This document shows, one piece after another, positions 1 through 9,035 of a stretch of 64,000 nt of DNA. Source of the DNA: Candidatus Latescibacterota bacterium (lineage in GTDB: Bacteria; Latescibacterota; UBA2968; GCA-2709665); the NCBI GenBank assembly GCA_965248435.1, contig OZ252100.1:1312001-1376000 (forward strand), read 5' to 3'. How positions within the stretch are numbered: the stretch's first letter is position 1; every line of letters begins with the position of its first letter. The translations under genes and the position numbers were made by a program. Under the pieces are notes generated by a model that did no database searches, was not told the origin of the DNA, and saw nothing but the letters and a program-made list of their open reading frames with translations.

Positions 1-483
1 ACAGGCCTGCGTGGATCTTTGGAATCTGTTCAACCGCTTCCGGAGGTCCCGATAGGCTCGTCCCGATGCCGCAGCCACACCTACCGGATCGTAAAAATAC
101 TCTTTCTCTTTGGATTTGATCGAAAAAAGTGTCCGGGGTAGCCTTCCGGCATCTTCCTCGTCCACCCACAGGATTCTCAGAGGCCGCTGATTTACCGATC
201 CCAGTTCATCAGCAAACGAAATGAGGGCTTTAACCGAAAATGGCAAAGGTGGAACAAGGAGATCGATCTGAGCACCCGCAGGGTCTGACCTGAGGACAAG
301 AAGCCAGAGGGATCCTTCACGTTCGTGGAGGAACACTTGTCGTTTCGGGGGCAAACTGTAGCAACAAATAAAGGGCCCGTAGTAACACCAGGCCCGTTTC
401 TTTTCGGCAGCAAACACACGTTTGAGTCGCCCCACGTGCACGGGAGCGATCGGCTCACCCTCAAACGGCAGCCTATCGCCCAT
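1..483 (-). CDS. DUF2156 / phosphatidylglycerol lysyltransferase-domain (GNAT-fold) protein, partial (runs off left edge)
   Basis: Not in ORF track. Manual translation from ATG at 483 is open to the window edge: MGDRLPFEGEPIAPVHVGRLKR...LRILWVDEEDAGRL...KEKEYFYDPVGVAAASGRAYRDLRKRLNRF. The EYxY...GxxYxxxRxxxNRF segment is typical of stand-alone DUF2156 proteins. The start overlaps the upstream gene's stop by 11 nt. Confidence 0.7.
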   Translation of the reverse strand, partial: MGDRLPFEGEPIAPVHVGRLKRVFAAEKKRAWCYYGPFICCYSLPPKRQVFLHEREGSLWLLVLRSDPAGAQIDLLVPPLPFSVKALISFADELGSVNQRPLRILWVDEEDAGRLPRTLFSIKSKEKEYFYDPVGVAAASGRAYRDLRKRLNRFQRSTQAC

Positions 484-1519
484 GGGCCTTCTGAGCGCGC
501 TTCCGGTCCGCCGTATAGAGCGCTCCCGTATAGGCCCCCTGAATTCTTGGCCGAAGCCGCCCCGTGGAAACGGCCCGAATCATCTGGCTCACGCCCGCAA
601 GAACCTGAGCCCCCACGTAACGGTTGAATCCAGGCAGAATCTCTAGGGGTGACAGACCCATGTCCAGGATGGCGCCGATCGCCCTGGCCGTCTCATCGGG
701 ACTGCGGTGCCCGAAAGAGACAAAGCCCTGTCCACCCGCTCTCGGTCTAAGTCCACTCGTACCGCGAGATACGAACAGGTCCAAACCTTCCAGCGTATAA
801 GGGGGATCGGTGAAAAAAGTATCGAATCGCCCGGTAAGATTCAGGGGGAGGTCCAAACGCAAGTCGTGTTGGATCACTTCCACTGAACCATCGAACGGAC
901 TTCCCACACAGAGGAGGAATTCAACCAGTCGCTCGTCCAACTCGACGACCACGATCCTCTGAGTCCGAAAACCCAGAAACTTTGCCAGGAAGATCACGCC
1001 CAACGAGGTCAGATCGTCATCTCCGAGAATCAGGACGTTCCGACCTTCAAGGGCATCGTGCCCATAGAGAAAAATCGCCCTGCGTAAGGTCGTCTCGGCT
1101 GTTGCGTGAGATTGATCCAGCCGAACATCGACCTGCGGGCGATTCTTACAGACCTCTTCGAGTTGTTCCTGGACCGCTTTTAACTCTGTCGGGATCGGAG
1201 GAGCCTGCGGCGAGGGGAACTTTCTTCGGCAGGAGATCCCAAGGTGCTGCCTCACGATCTGGCACCCTACTTCAGAAAGGGCTACCCCTCCCTTCCTCAA
1301 CAGGATCCCTCGAGATTCCAGCTCGCCCCGAATCGCTGCCACCACCGGAACCGGGAGTCCGGCTTGCCGGGAAAGATCTCGAATCGGCAGCGCACCCGCT
1401 TGAAAGACTGCCCTTAAAACTCGCCGAACACCCTCTGGACCCTCTAGAACGTTCGCGGAGTCGGCGACCTCTTCCAGCAGTGCTGCGCCGGGCGACCCCT
1501 CACCCCCCACCAGCCTCAT
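473..1519 (-). CDS. bpsA: N4-bis(aminopropyl)spermidine synthase (branched-chain polyamine synthase BpsA / DUF43) family protein
   Basis: Motifs LDQSHATAETTLRRA, ILGDDDLTSL, VELDERL, HDLRLDLP, FDTFFTDPPYT, plus an N-terminal HTH-like segment. Likely start ATG 1519 (track extends to 1630). Confidence 0.82.
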   Translation of the reverse strand: MRLVGGEGSPGAALLEEVADSANVLEGPEGVRRVLRAVFQAGALPIRDLSRQAGLPVPVVAAIRGELESRGILLRKGGVALSEVGCQIVRQHLGISCRRKFPSPQAPPIPTELKAVQEQLEEVCKNRPQVDVRLDQSHATAETTLRRAIFLYGHDALEGRNVLILGDDDLTSLGVIFLAKFLGFRTQRIVVVELDERLVEFLLCVGSPFDGSVEVIQHDLRLDLPLNLTGRFDTFFTDPPYTLEGLDLFVSRGTSGLRPRAGGQGFVSFGHRSPDETARAIGAILDMGLSPLEILPGFNRYVGAQVLAGVSQMIRAVSTGRLRPRIQGAYTGALYTADRKRAQKAHGR

Positions 1520-2666
1520 CCTTCGACTCCGATCCCCCGGCATCCCCTTCCTTCTCAGAAGACGGCGCTTCGGGTTCCGAGACGGAGGGCGTCCCAACCT
1601 CGTCAGCCTCCGTTCTCTCCTCCCACTCAAGGAGGTTTTCGTCGTCCTTCTGTTTTCTAAGGATCACATAAATCAAGCTCAGGCCTGAGGCGCAAGCTGA
1701 ATGGGCATAGGCGAGAAGCACACCCGTGAGCAGAATGAGCATAATCGCCAGAATCTTCCCGGACGTGGCGTCGGAGACAGATAGTATCCCTGGCCCAGGG
1801 TCAGGGAGATGTTGCATAACATCGATCCTGAGTTGCGACAATTTGATCGGGAGGTGGTAGTTCGCCGCAAAGAGCGCGTTGGCGAGCTTCTCTTTCATGA
1901 AAAATCCGCAAGCCCAGGTGATGAGGCAAAGCGTCCAGGTCATCAAGGTTCCCAAGATGGCGACACCCAGCAGGACCGAAATCTTCATCCAGATCGTGTA
2001 GACCACAAGTCGCCAGGGCTGGCTCCAGACCAGCGAAAAAGACTGAATCACGACCTCAAGCGTATCCTCACCCACTGTACCGACAATGGCCGGCGCCATC
2101 AGAAAGGCCGCAAAGAAGGTGATTGAGATAAAAATCGACACGAGCGCCGCGAAGAAGATGGGAATAAACGTAATCGCAAACAGAGGTCCGCCTACCACTG
2201 GGATGATGTTCGCCAACCACCCAATGACGATGCCCACGACCAGAAAAAAGACAAAAAGCGCCAGCACCGCGACCGGGCCAAACAGTACGCCAGTCCAGTT
2301 GCCTTTGAGGAACTTCCACGCATCTCCAGAGGAGTAAAAGTCATCTCCCCTGAGTTGCTGATATGTAATCTTGCAGATCATACAGCTGGCCAAAAGCATT
2401 ACAGCCAGGAAGAAGACTGCGCCAAGCAGCCACAGTACGGTCCCCAGAAGTGGCAGGTGCCCCCACTCTGCGCCAGGGAATAGCCCATAACGGACCCACA
2501 ATGAACCGAGGGTTGCTCCGCCGGAAAGGTGGGCGAGAATCGATAGAATCGAGTAGCCGACGGTGGCTATGATCAGGCCGCACAGCCCGACCCAGATCTT
2601 CTTTCCGGACCAGCCCAGGCGGATCACACGAAAGATGTCGCGGATATCAAAGTGCAGCTTCGCCAT
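1500..2666 (-). CDS. Polytopic membrane protein of unknown function
   Basis: 388 aa with about 6-7 hydrophobic helices and an acidic C-terminal tail. GAGG RBS upstream; overlaps the bpsA start. Confidence 0.75.
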   Translation of the reverse strand: MAKLHFDIRDIFRVIRLGWSGKKIWVGLCGLIIATVGYSILSILAHLSGGATLGSLWVRYGLFPGAEWGHLPLLGTVLWLLGAVFFLAVMLLASCMICKITYQQLRGDDFYSSGDAWKFLKGNWTGVLFGPVAVLALFVFFLVVGIVIGWLANIIPVVGGPLFAITFIPIFFAALVSIFISITFFAAFLMAPAIVGTVGEDTLEVVIQSFSLVWSQPWRLVVYTIWMKISVLLGVAILGTLMTWTLCLITWACGFFMKEKLANALFAANYHLPIKLSQLRIDVMQHLPDPGPGILSVSDATSGKILAIMLILLTGVLLAYAHSACASGLSLIYVILRKQKDDENLLEWEERTEADEVGTPSVSEPEAPSSEKEGDAGGSESKDEAGGG

Positions 2667-2755
2667 GAAGCGCCTCCCTCACGTTTGCCTCGGCCTAGAT
2701 GACAAAGGGGCCAAAACGGTACAGACCACAGAAAAACTTAAAGGTTACGGCCGCT

Positions 2756-2784
2756 ATTATGCGAAAATGCCTGGGGAAAGTCAA
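2756..2784 (-). promoter_or_regulatory. sigma70-type promoter for the membrane protein-bpsA-DUF2156 operon
   Basis: TTGACT-17 nt-CATAAT on minus strand. Confidence 0.65.
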
Positions 2785-2800
2785 GCGAAATATAGGGTTT

Positions 2801-3397
2801 TCAGCGGGGGGAATGGTCGCTGCCCGGTGGTGGATCTGAAGCGGAGAGATTCGACCTGATTTGGGTCAAGAAGTCGTCAAGGAGGACTGTGAAGGGTCGA
2901 TGAGAACTGGGTTTGAACAGAGATCCGTCCGGCATCGGGGTCGCACCCGCCTGAAGCACCACCTGAGGTTCATCCTGATTCTCCACCAACACTTCATAGC
3001 AGCCCTGACTCAGGCCTACCGGCCAGGGAGAATCGGTGCCGGAGGAACCCGTAAGAAAAAGCACGCTCTCCTGGTGCGGAGAAAATTCGGGCATGCCCGG
3101 GACAAGAAGCCGTTGTCCCTCTACACGACCTCCAGGGAGGGTGAGGACGATCTCTTTGGAGGCCGAGTCACCCTTGATCGGATTCAGAACTTCAAATGCG
3201 GTCTGTGTGAAGATTCCTCCACCCTGGGCATCTCGAAAACTCTGAGTACGGAGGCACCGGACGTGGGCGATTGTCTCTGCACGAACGCAGAGAGAATCGA
3301 AGGGGAACCGGACAACCGTCGTGGCTGCAGTCTCACTCACGAAGCCGAGCAACAGAGGAATTAGGAGCGTCCGGAGTCGTTGAAGGTGGCGGGGCAC
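2801..3397 (-). CDS. Secreted hypothetical protein
   Basis: Signal peptide (LLIPLLLGFVSETAATT), then a conserved-looking LTLPGG...VPGMPEF...E.VLFL...VGLSQG pattern. Confidence 0.7.
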   Translation of the reverse strand: MPRHLQRLRTLLIPLLLGFVSETAATTVVRFPFDSLCVRAETIAHVRCLRTQSFRDAQGGGIFTQTAFEVLNPIKGDSASKEIVLTLPGGRVEGQRLLVPGMPEFSPHQESVLFLTGSSGTDSPWPVGLSQGCYEVLVENQDEPQVVLQAGATPMPDGSLFKPSSHRPFTVLLDDFLTQIRSNLSASDPPPGSDHSPR

Positions 3398-3485
3398 GCT
3401 AAGAATACCTGGTTAGGATGATTTGCTCTGACCGAAAGCGCACCTCCTATGAACGCCCGACCGCTCCCATCGTTCCCCCCGAACA

Positions 3486-4055
3486 CTACTGGAGAACAAA
3501 GTTTTGAAAGTAGACCTCGACGACCGCGTTAACCCCCAGGAAGCCTTCTACGTTCAATCTCTCCTTGATCTCATCCTTCAGCCTCTGGTGGTTCTCTGGC
3601 TCCAGTTGGGGGATCGTCTTGCTCCGAAGGATATCGATGAGCCGGTCCCGGATCTTGGAACCCTGCTTGTTTTCTTCGATGAACGCCTCGACTTCCGGGC
3701 TTGCCAGCCCGAGGTTGATCTTCGCACTCAAAAATCGAAGTCCTTCCGTCCCAGCGGGATTCACTACGATATCCTCTATTTTCTCATAAATAACGGAAAC
3801 GATCCCAGGAGGACCATTCGTGGCCAGCTGTTCCTCCTCCTCCGGCAGAACTTCCTCCACGACTTCCTCCTCTTCCAAAACCTCGTCGGGCGCAAACAAC
3901 CAGTTGACCAGTAGGTACCCAATGATGATCTGGACGACGAGAACCCCAGCGATGTACGGAAGGTATCGCTTCAGGTTCAGGCCGCCCTCCTGCTCCTCCT
4001 CTTCACCACCCTCCTCGCCTACATCTGCATCCAGATTAAACTCTTCGTCAGCCAT
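3486..4055 (-). CDS. fliL: Flagellar basal body-associated FliL family protein
   Basis: Single TM helix, DIVVNPAGTEGLRFL, KIRDRLIDILRSKT, EVYFQNFVLQ; GGAGG RBS. Confidence 0.88.
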   Translation of the reverse strand: MADEEFNLDADVGEEGGEEEEQEGGLNLKRYLPYIAGVLVVQIIIGYLLVNWLFAPDEVLEEEEVVEEVLPEEEEQLATNGPPGIVSVIYEKIEDIVVNPAGTEGLRFLSAKINLGLASPEVEAFIEENKQGSKIRDRLIDILRSKTIPQLEPENHQRLKDEIKERLNVEGFLGVNAVVEVYFQNFVLQ

Positions 4056-4111
4056 TGAGACCTCCTGAATCGGTCACCAGAGAATGTCCCATCAGTACCG
4101 ATATCGGCACA

Positions 4112-5470
4112 TCACGCTTGACCTCCAGTTCCGTCTCCATCGACGGAAGAAACCCCTAGGCTGCGAAAGGTCCCCCGGGCAACCGCGAGTGCACTTTCGC
4201 GGCTATCGATGGTCCCTTCCAGTTGGGCATCTTCCACTGCGGTAAGCGCACGCTTGAACGCAGGTCCTGGAGCATAACCCAGGCGAATCAGATCTTTCCC
4301 TGATATAAGAGGCGCGGGTCGAATGTCCTCAGGTCCGAATTCGTCCACGGCTTCCTTGCAAAATTCATAGTTCTCAAGATTTCCGTGGCAGGCAAGGCAG
4401 TCAACGCGATGCAACTCCAGGTGTTCTTCGAACCGATGGGTCCGGAGAAAGCGCTTCAGTCGGCTCGGCCGCATCCGACGCACGTGCATAAACTGGTGGT
4501 GGTCAGACACAAGGCGCACGATATGCTCGGTCGAGTCCAAGGAGAAATGCAGCCGCTTGCAGATCTCCGCGGCCATCTGCCCGCCAATCCGATCGTGGTT
4601 GTTGAACCGAATCCGATCGCTGACTTCCAGAGTGCGTGGCTTGCCGACATCGTGGAGCAGCACGCCCATCGCAAGCTCCGGTGAGGGGGTCTTGACGATC
4701 CCGAGCATGATCAGCGTGTGCGTTAGAACATCCCCCTCAGGGTGAAAATTTCGGGGTTGCTGCAGGCCTTGCATCCGAACGACTTCGGGCAGGATAGACG
4801 CCATCAACCCTGAATCGATCAGCCACCGGACCCCGAGTGGGGCTCCGCCCTCCGTGAGGACCTTCAAGAGTTCATCGCGGACACGTTCTGCGCTGATCTC
4901 ATCGATCGATCCACTGAACCGGCGGATGGACCTAAACATCTCTGCATCGAGTCTCCAGCCATATCGGCTCCCAAACCGAATGGCCCGAATCATTCTCAAG
5001 CGATCTTCGCGAAAACGCTGCTCGGGGGGTCCGATCGTTCTGACCCGTCCGATGCGCAAGTCCTCCAGTCCACCCACGTAATCGATGATCCGATCTTCGA
5101 TCGGATCCATGAACATTCCATTGACGGTAAAATCACGACGCAGGGCGTCTTCACGCGAATCAGAAAATACAACCTGATCCGGTCGACGGCCGTCGCTGTA
5201 GCCCAGATCCCGACGGAACCGAGCAACCTCGTAATCGTGTCCATCGACTTGGACGATCACCACGCCGAAATGGGCACCCACCTCCCGGGCATTCGGGAAA
5301 ATATTCATCACCGTCCCACAGTCGGCATCGGTTGCAATATCATAATCCTGAGGCAGAATACCCAGGAGGTGGTCTCGGACGCAACCGCCGGCAAACAGCG
5401 CCTGAAATCCACGGTCCTGCAGCGTCCGAACGACCCGGACAGCGCCCTCTCTTAGGGAAAGGCCATCCAT
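4112..5470 (-). CDS. cca: CCA tRNA nucleotidyltransferase (class II, HD domain)
   Basis: GGCVRD...DYDIAT, EDALRRDFT, EDRLRMIRA, HPEGDV..H...LLHDVGK. Confidence 0.9.
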   Translation of the reverse strand: MDGLSLREGAVRVVRTLQDRGFQALFAGGCVRDHLLGILPQDYDIATDADCGTVMNIFPNAREVGAHFGVVIVQVDGHDYEVARFRRDLGYSDGRRPDQVVFSDSREDALRRDFTVNGMFMDPIEDRIIDYVGGLEDLRIGRVRTIGPPEQRFREDRLRMIRAIRFGSRYGWRLDAEMFRSIRRFSGSIDEISAERVRDELLKVLTEGGAPLGVRWLIDSGLMASILPEVVRMQGLQQPRNFHPEGDVLTHTLIMLGIVKTPSPELAMGVLLHDVGKPRTLEVSDRIRFNNHDRIGGQMAAEICKRLHFSLDSTEHIVRLVSDHHQFMHVRRMRPSRLKRFLRTHRFEEHLELHRVDCLACHGNLENYEFCKEAVDEFGPEDIRPAPLISGKDLIRLGYAPGPAFKRALTAVEDAQLEGTIDSRESALAVARGTFRSLGVSSVDGDGTGGQA

Positions 5471-5476
5471 GCTGAC

Positions 5477-6769
5477 TCAAACCACACTCATCTGGACGCG
5501 GCGGATCCTGGCACCCAGCGACCTCAGTCGTTCATCAATCCGTTCGTGCCCGCGATCGATCTGCTCGATATTACCGATCACGCTTTCGCCTTCGGCGCAG
5601 AGACTTGCAATAAGGAGCGCCATGCCGGCGCGGATATCTGGACTCATAAGATGCTCGCCGTAAAGCTTGGACGGCCCGACCACAACGGCCCGATGGGGAT
5701 CACACAGGATGATCTTGGCACCCATCTCGATCAGTCGGTCCACCCAGTACATGCGTGACTCGAACATCTTCTCGAAGAAAAGGATGGTCCCTCTCGCTTG
5801 GGTGGCCACTACGATGGCAATGCTCATCAAATCGGCCGGAAACCCGGGCCACGGATCGTCGTCGATCTTCGGGATGGCGTTGCCAACATCGGGAATAATC
5901 TCCAACTTTTGGTAATCCGGGACGATAATGTCCTCACCATCAATCTGGACCTCGAGCCCCAGACGGCGAAAGACCATCAGGCTCCGACGCATGGCTTCGG
6001 GCGCGGCGTTCGGAATTCGAATTTCTCCATTTGTGACCGCTGCGAGCCCGATGAAACTCCCCACTTCCATGTAGTCGGGGCCGATCGTGTGAACCCCACC
6101 GCCCAATGCGTCCACGCCCTCGATCGTGAGCTCGTTCGTCCCGATCCCTGAAATCCTCGCCCCCAGCACATTGAGTAGATGGCAAAGCTCCTGAACGTGA
6201 GGTTCCGAGGCCGCGTTTCGAATCACGGTCTTGCCCTCCGCGAGTGTGGCGGTCATCACGGTATGTTCCGTCGCCGTCACGCTCCGTTCATCCAGGAAGA
6301 TGTCCGCTCCTTTCAAGCCCCTGGGGGCCTCCATCTCGTAGATGTGATTCGTGGAGATGCGAGCGCCAAGCGCCTCAAGGGCCATGATGTGGGAATCCAC
6401 ACGCCGCCTTCCGATCTTGTCACCACCGGGCCTTGGAACCGTGGCCTGCCCGCAGCGCGCCAGCAGCGGGCCAGAAAACATAAAACCGCCCCTCACCTTC
6501 CGACAAAGATCGGATCTCAGGGCGGTCTTGTTGATGGAACGGGCAGAAACGACCAATTCGTGATGGCCGTGGATCTTGATCTGCACGCCTAAATCCCTCA
6601 GGATCTCCACGATGCAAGCGATGTCACCGATATCCGGGACATTCTTTAGAACAACGTCTTCCCTTGTAAGAAGTGTCGCCGCCAGCACGGCTTGTGCCGC
6701 ATTCTTGTTGCCGGCCGGCGAGATCGTGCCGGAGAGTGGGTACCCCCCTTCAATCACGAACTGTTCCAT
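5477..6769 (-). CDS. murA: UDP-N-acetylglucosamine 1-carboxyvinyltransferase
   Basis: [46 protein letters not shown]. Confidence 0.96.
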   Translation of the reverse strand: MEQFVIEGGYPLSGTISPAGNKNAAQAVLAATLLTREDVVLKNVPDIGDIACIVEILRDLGVQIKIHGHHELVVSARSINKTALRSDLCRKVRGGFMFSGPLLARCGQATVPRPGGDKIGRRRVDSHIMALEALGARISTNHIYEMEAPRGLKGADIFLDERSVTATEHTVMTATLAEGKTVIRNAASEPHVQELCHLLNVLGARISGIGTNELTIEGVDALGGGVHTIGPDYMEVGSFIGLAAVTNGEIRIPNAAPEAMRRSLMVFRRLGLEVQIDGEDIIVPDYQKLEIIPDVGNAIPKIDDDPWPGFPADLMSIAIVVATQARGTILFFEKMFESRMYWVDRLIEMGAKIILCDPHRAVVVGPSKLYGEHLMSPDIRAGMALLIASLCAEGESVIGNIEQIDRGHERIDERLRSLGARIRRVQMSVV

Positions 6770-6828
6770 GGACCTCCTCAGATTTTTCGAGGGGGGGAGG
6801 GTGATATGTCGTTCGTGGTCTAAGTTAA

Positions 6829-6857
6829 ACTATAACAAATCCTTGAGGAAAATTCAA
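6829..6857 (-). promoter_or_regulatory. sigma70-type promoter of murA
   Basis: TTGAAT-17-TATAGT. Confidence 0.55.
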
Positions 6858-7003
6858 GAGGAAAATCCTCACAGCATTTGTGGCGAGAACGGGCGGTTGG
6901 TGCGCGCCGTGCCGATAGCTAAAGGGGTCTGCCAAGAATTGTAAGTTGTGAATTTGGGACCCGATTGTGAACGCCCATTGGGCCTTGCTCTCCGGAAATG
7001 AAG

Positions 7004-7032
7004 TTGACAGCCTTCGCAATTTGATCTATCTT
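7004..7032 (+). promoter_or_regulatory. sigma70-type promoter of the M23 peptidase gene
   Basis: TTGACA-17-TATCTT. Confidence 0.6.
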
Positions 7033-7108
7033 CTTGTCCGTAGTGCCCTTAACACAATGAGTTACGTAATCTCTACCGTATCAAGCCAGTCGATTCGGAG
7101 CCCTCGGG

Positions 7109-8542
7109 ATGCCGATCTATGAGAACCTGATCAGGAGTCGGGCAAGCGCGCGGGTAGGCCGCAAGGGTCTGCGTTCCATCCTCTTCCTCGTTGTTGCGTG
7201 CGTCGCTGCTCTCCTTGCCGGAATGGGCCAAATGACCGGCCTCACGCCCGAAGTAGAGGCCCCGCCCGAGGTGGATCAGACCGAATCAGAAAGCGTAAAC
7301 ACGCTCCTCGTGGAGCCTGAGCCTCAGTTCACCGAAATCTCGGGACAGATCGGACCACGACAGGTCTTTTCAGAGGCCCTGATGGGAAAGGGAATCTCTC
7401 ACGAACAGGTGTTCGATCTCGTCTCCGCGGTCCGGGCCGGCGTGCACCGCCGCGAGTTTAATCCGAATCTTGTGCAGCGGGGAGATCGCTACCGGATAGG
7501 CGTCGACAGCCTTGGCATTATTCAGTCCTTCGAATTTGTCAAGAAGGGGGCAATGGAGACCCGCTTTGTCGCGCTGCGCGAAGACGGGATCCTTCGCGCG
7601 AAAAAGGAACAGGTTCCCCTCGACCGCGAGGTCGTCATCATCTCAGGCGTCATCAAAGACATGCTTTGGAATGCCCTCGCCGCAACAGGAGAGAATCCGG
7701 CCGTGCTCAGTGACAAGATGGTAGACATCTTCGAATATTACATCGATTTCATGGTCGACTGTCGCGCCAACGATCGGTTCGCACTCATCGTGGAGAAACT
7801 CTTCAAAGATGGGCAATTCTTCCGTTATGGGAACATCCTGGCAGCCGAGTATGCCACCGCCAGGAAAAGCTACCAGGCCTTCAGATTCGGCGATGCCCGG
7901 ATGGGATGGCGCTATTACGATTCCGAGGGCAAATCGCTCCAGGGACTCTTCTTGAAGTCCCCTCTGAACTACCGCCGCATCAGCTCCCGCTATAACCCCA
8001 GGCGGTTTCATCCGATCTTGAAGAAAATCATCCCGCATCACGGAATCGACTATGCGGCCGACTACGGGTCCCGCGTTTGGGCAACAGCAGATGGGACCGT
8101 CACCTTCATAGGGCGAAGGGGTGCACTCGGAAAGTACATCGAGATCAGACACAAGAATGGCTACAAAACAGGCTATGGGCATCTGAGTCGGTTCCGGAAA
8201 GGGCTCAAAACGGGCGCCTACGTGAGACAGAAACAGACAATCGGCTACGTGGGTAGCACGGGAAGGGCAACGGGACCCCACGTCCACTACAATTTCCTCG
8301 TCCTGGACAAGAACGGAAAGTACCGACCGCGGAACCCGGCAAAGATCGTCGTCAGCCCAAAACGAAAGTCGGTCCCTCCCTCCCGTCTCTCCGATTTTCT
8401 TCAACTTCGGGAACGATTTCTGGTGCTGCTCGATGGCGTCGCAGGCTCTGTCTTAACGGCCCGCTTGGATGTTGATTCAAAAGCGGGGGTCAACGTGCCC
8501 GATGATGGGAAATCTTTCAGAGAAACGGAAAGGCCTTTTTGA
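7109..8542 (+). CDS. M23 family peptidoglycan DD-endopeptidase (MepM-like)
   Basis: N-terminal TM; RFHPIL...HHGIDY (HxxxD); TGPHVHY (HxH). Confidence 0.92.
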   Translation: MPIYENLIRSRASARVGRKGLRSILFLVVACVAALLAGMGQMTGLTPEVEAPPEVDQTESESVNTLLVEPEPQFTEISGQIGPRQVFSEALMGKGISHEQVFDLVSAVRAGVHRREFNPNLVQRGDRYRIGVDSLGIIQSFEFVKKGAMETRFVALREDGILRAKKEQVPLDREVVIISGVIKDMLWNALAATGENPAVLSDKMVDIFEYYIDFMVDCRANDRFALIVEKLFKDGQFFRYGNILAAEYATARKSYQAFRFGDARMGWRYYDSEGKSLQGLFLKSPLNYRRISSRYNPRRFHPILKKIIPHHGIDYAADYGSRVWATADGTVTFIGRRGALGKYIEIRHKNGYKTGYGHLSRFRKGLKTGAYVRQKQTIGYVGSTGRATGPHVHYNFLVLDKNGKYRPRNPAKIVVSPKRKSVPPSRLSDFLQLRERFLVLLDGVAGSVLTARLDVDSKAGVNVPDDGKSFRETERPF

Positions 8543-8967
8543 TGCTGGACAGTGCGAACAACCTGCTTCGCAAGATTGACAAAGTTGCCGAGGAAGACGG
8601 GCGCTACAAGCGAGAAGCCTATCTGTTTGTGTATGCCGCCCTGGAATTCGCCGTCCATAAGTTGAAACGAGACCAGGTTGAAACGGCCGAAGCCAGGCAC
8701 ATCACCGGCAGGGAGCTCTCGGAACACATCGCTGTTTACGCGCAGGAACAATACGGCCCGATGGCACGCCCCGTGTTCGAACATTGGGGCGTACAGAAAA
8801 CCCTCGACTTCGGGCGAATTGTCTTCAACCTGGTCGAAGCAGAGTTGATGAGCAAGACCGAAGAAGACAGGTTGGAGGATTTCCAGGACGTCTACGACTT
8901 CGACGAGGTCTTCGATCCCAAGAAGATCCAGGACGATCTAAGCCAGTTCGATCTGGAAAGGCTCTAA
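8542..8967 (+). CDS. Minf_1886 / TIGR04138-like conserved protein
   Basis: DGRY..EAY.FV..AL, RHITGREL, YGPMA..VF..WG...T.DFG.IVFNLV, D..EDF; TGATG overlap with the M23 gene. Confidence 0.8.
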   Translation: MLDSANNLLRKIDKVAEEDGRYKREAYLFVYAALEFAVHKLKRDQVETAEARHITGRELSEHIAVYAQEQYGPMARPVFEHWGVQKTLDFGRIVFNLVEAELMSKTEEDRLEDFQDVYDFDEVFDPKKIQDDLSQFDLERL

Positions 8968-8990
8968 AAGGAAACGCAAAAGCGGAGTTG

Positions 8991-9021
8991 GGCCGTGGCG
9001 TATCGCGCCGCGGCCTTTTTT
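8991..9021 (+). terminator. Intrinsic terminator
   Basis: GGCCGTGGCG-tatcg-CGCCGCGGCC followed by T6. Confidence 0.7.
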
Positions 9022-9035
9022 GCAGAGGAAATTGA

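Noticed and set aside
192-646. Three short track ORFs at the left edge
   Set aside because: Alternative frames or antisense of the real 483->1 ORF and of bpsA.
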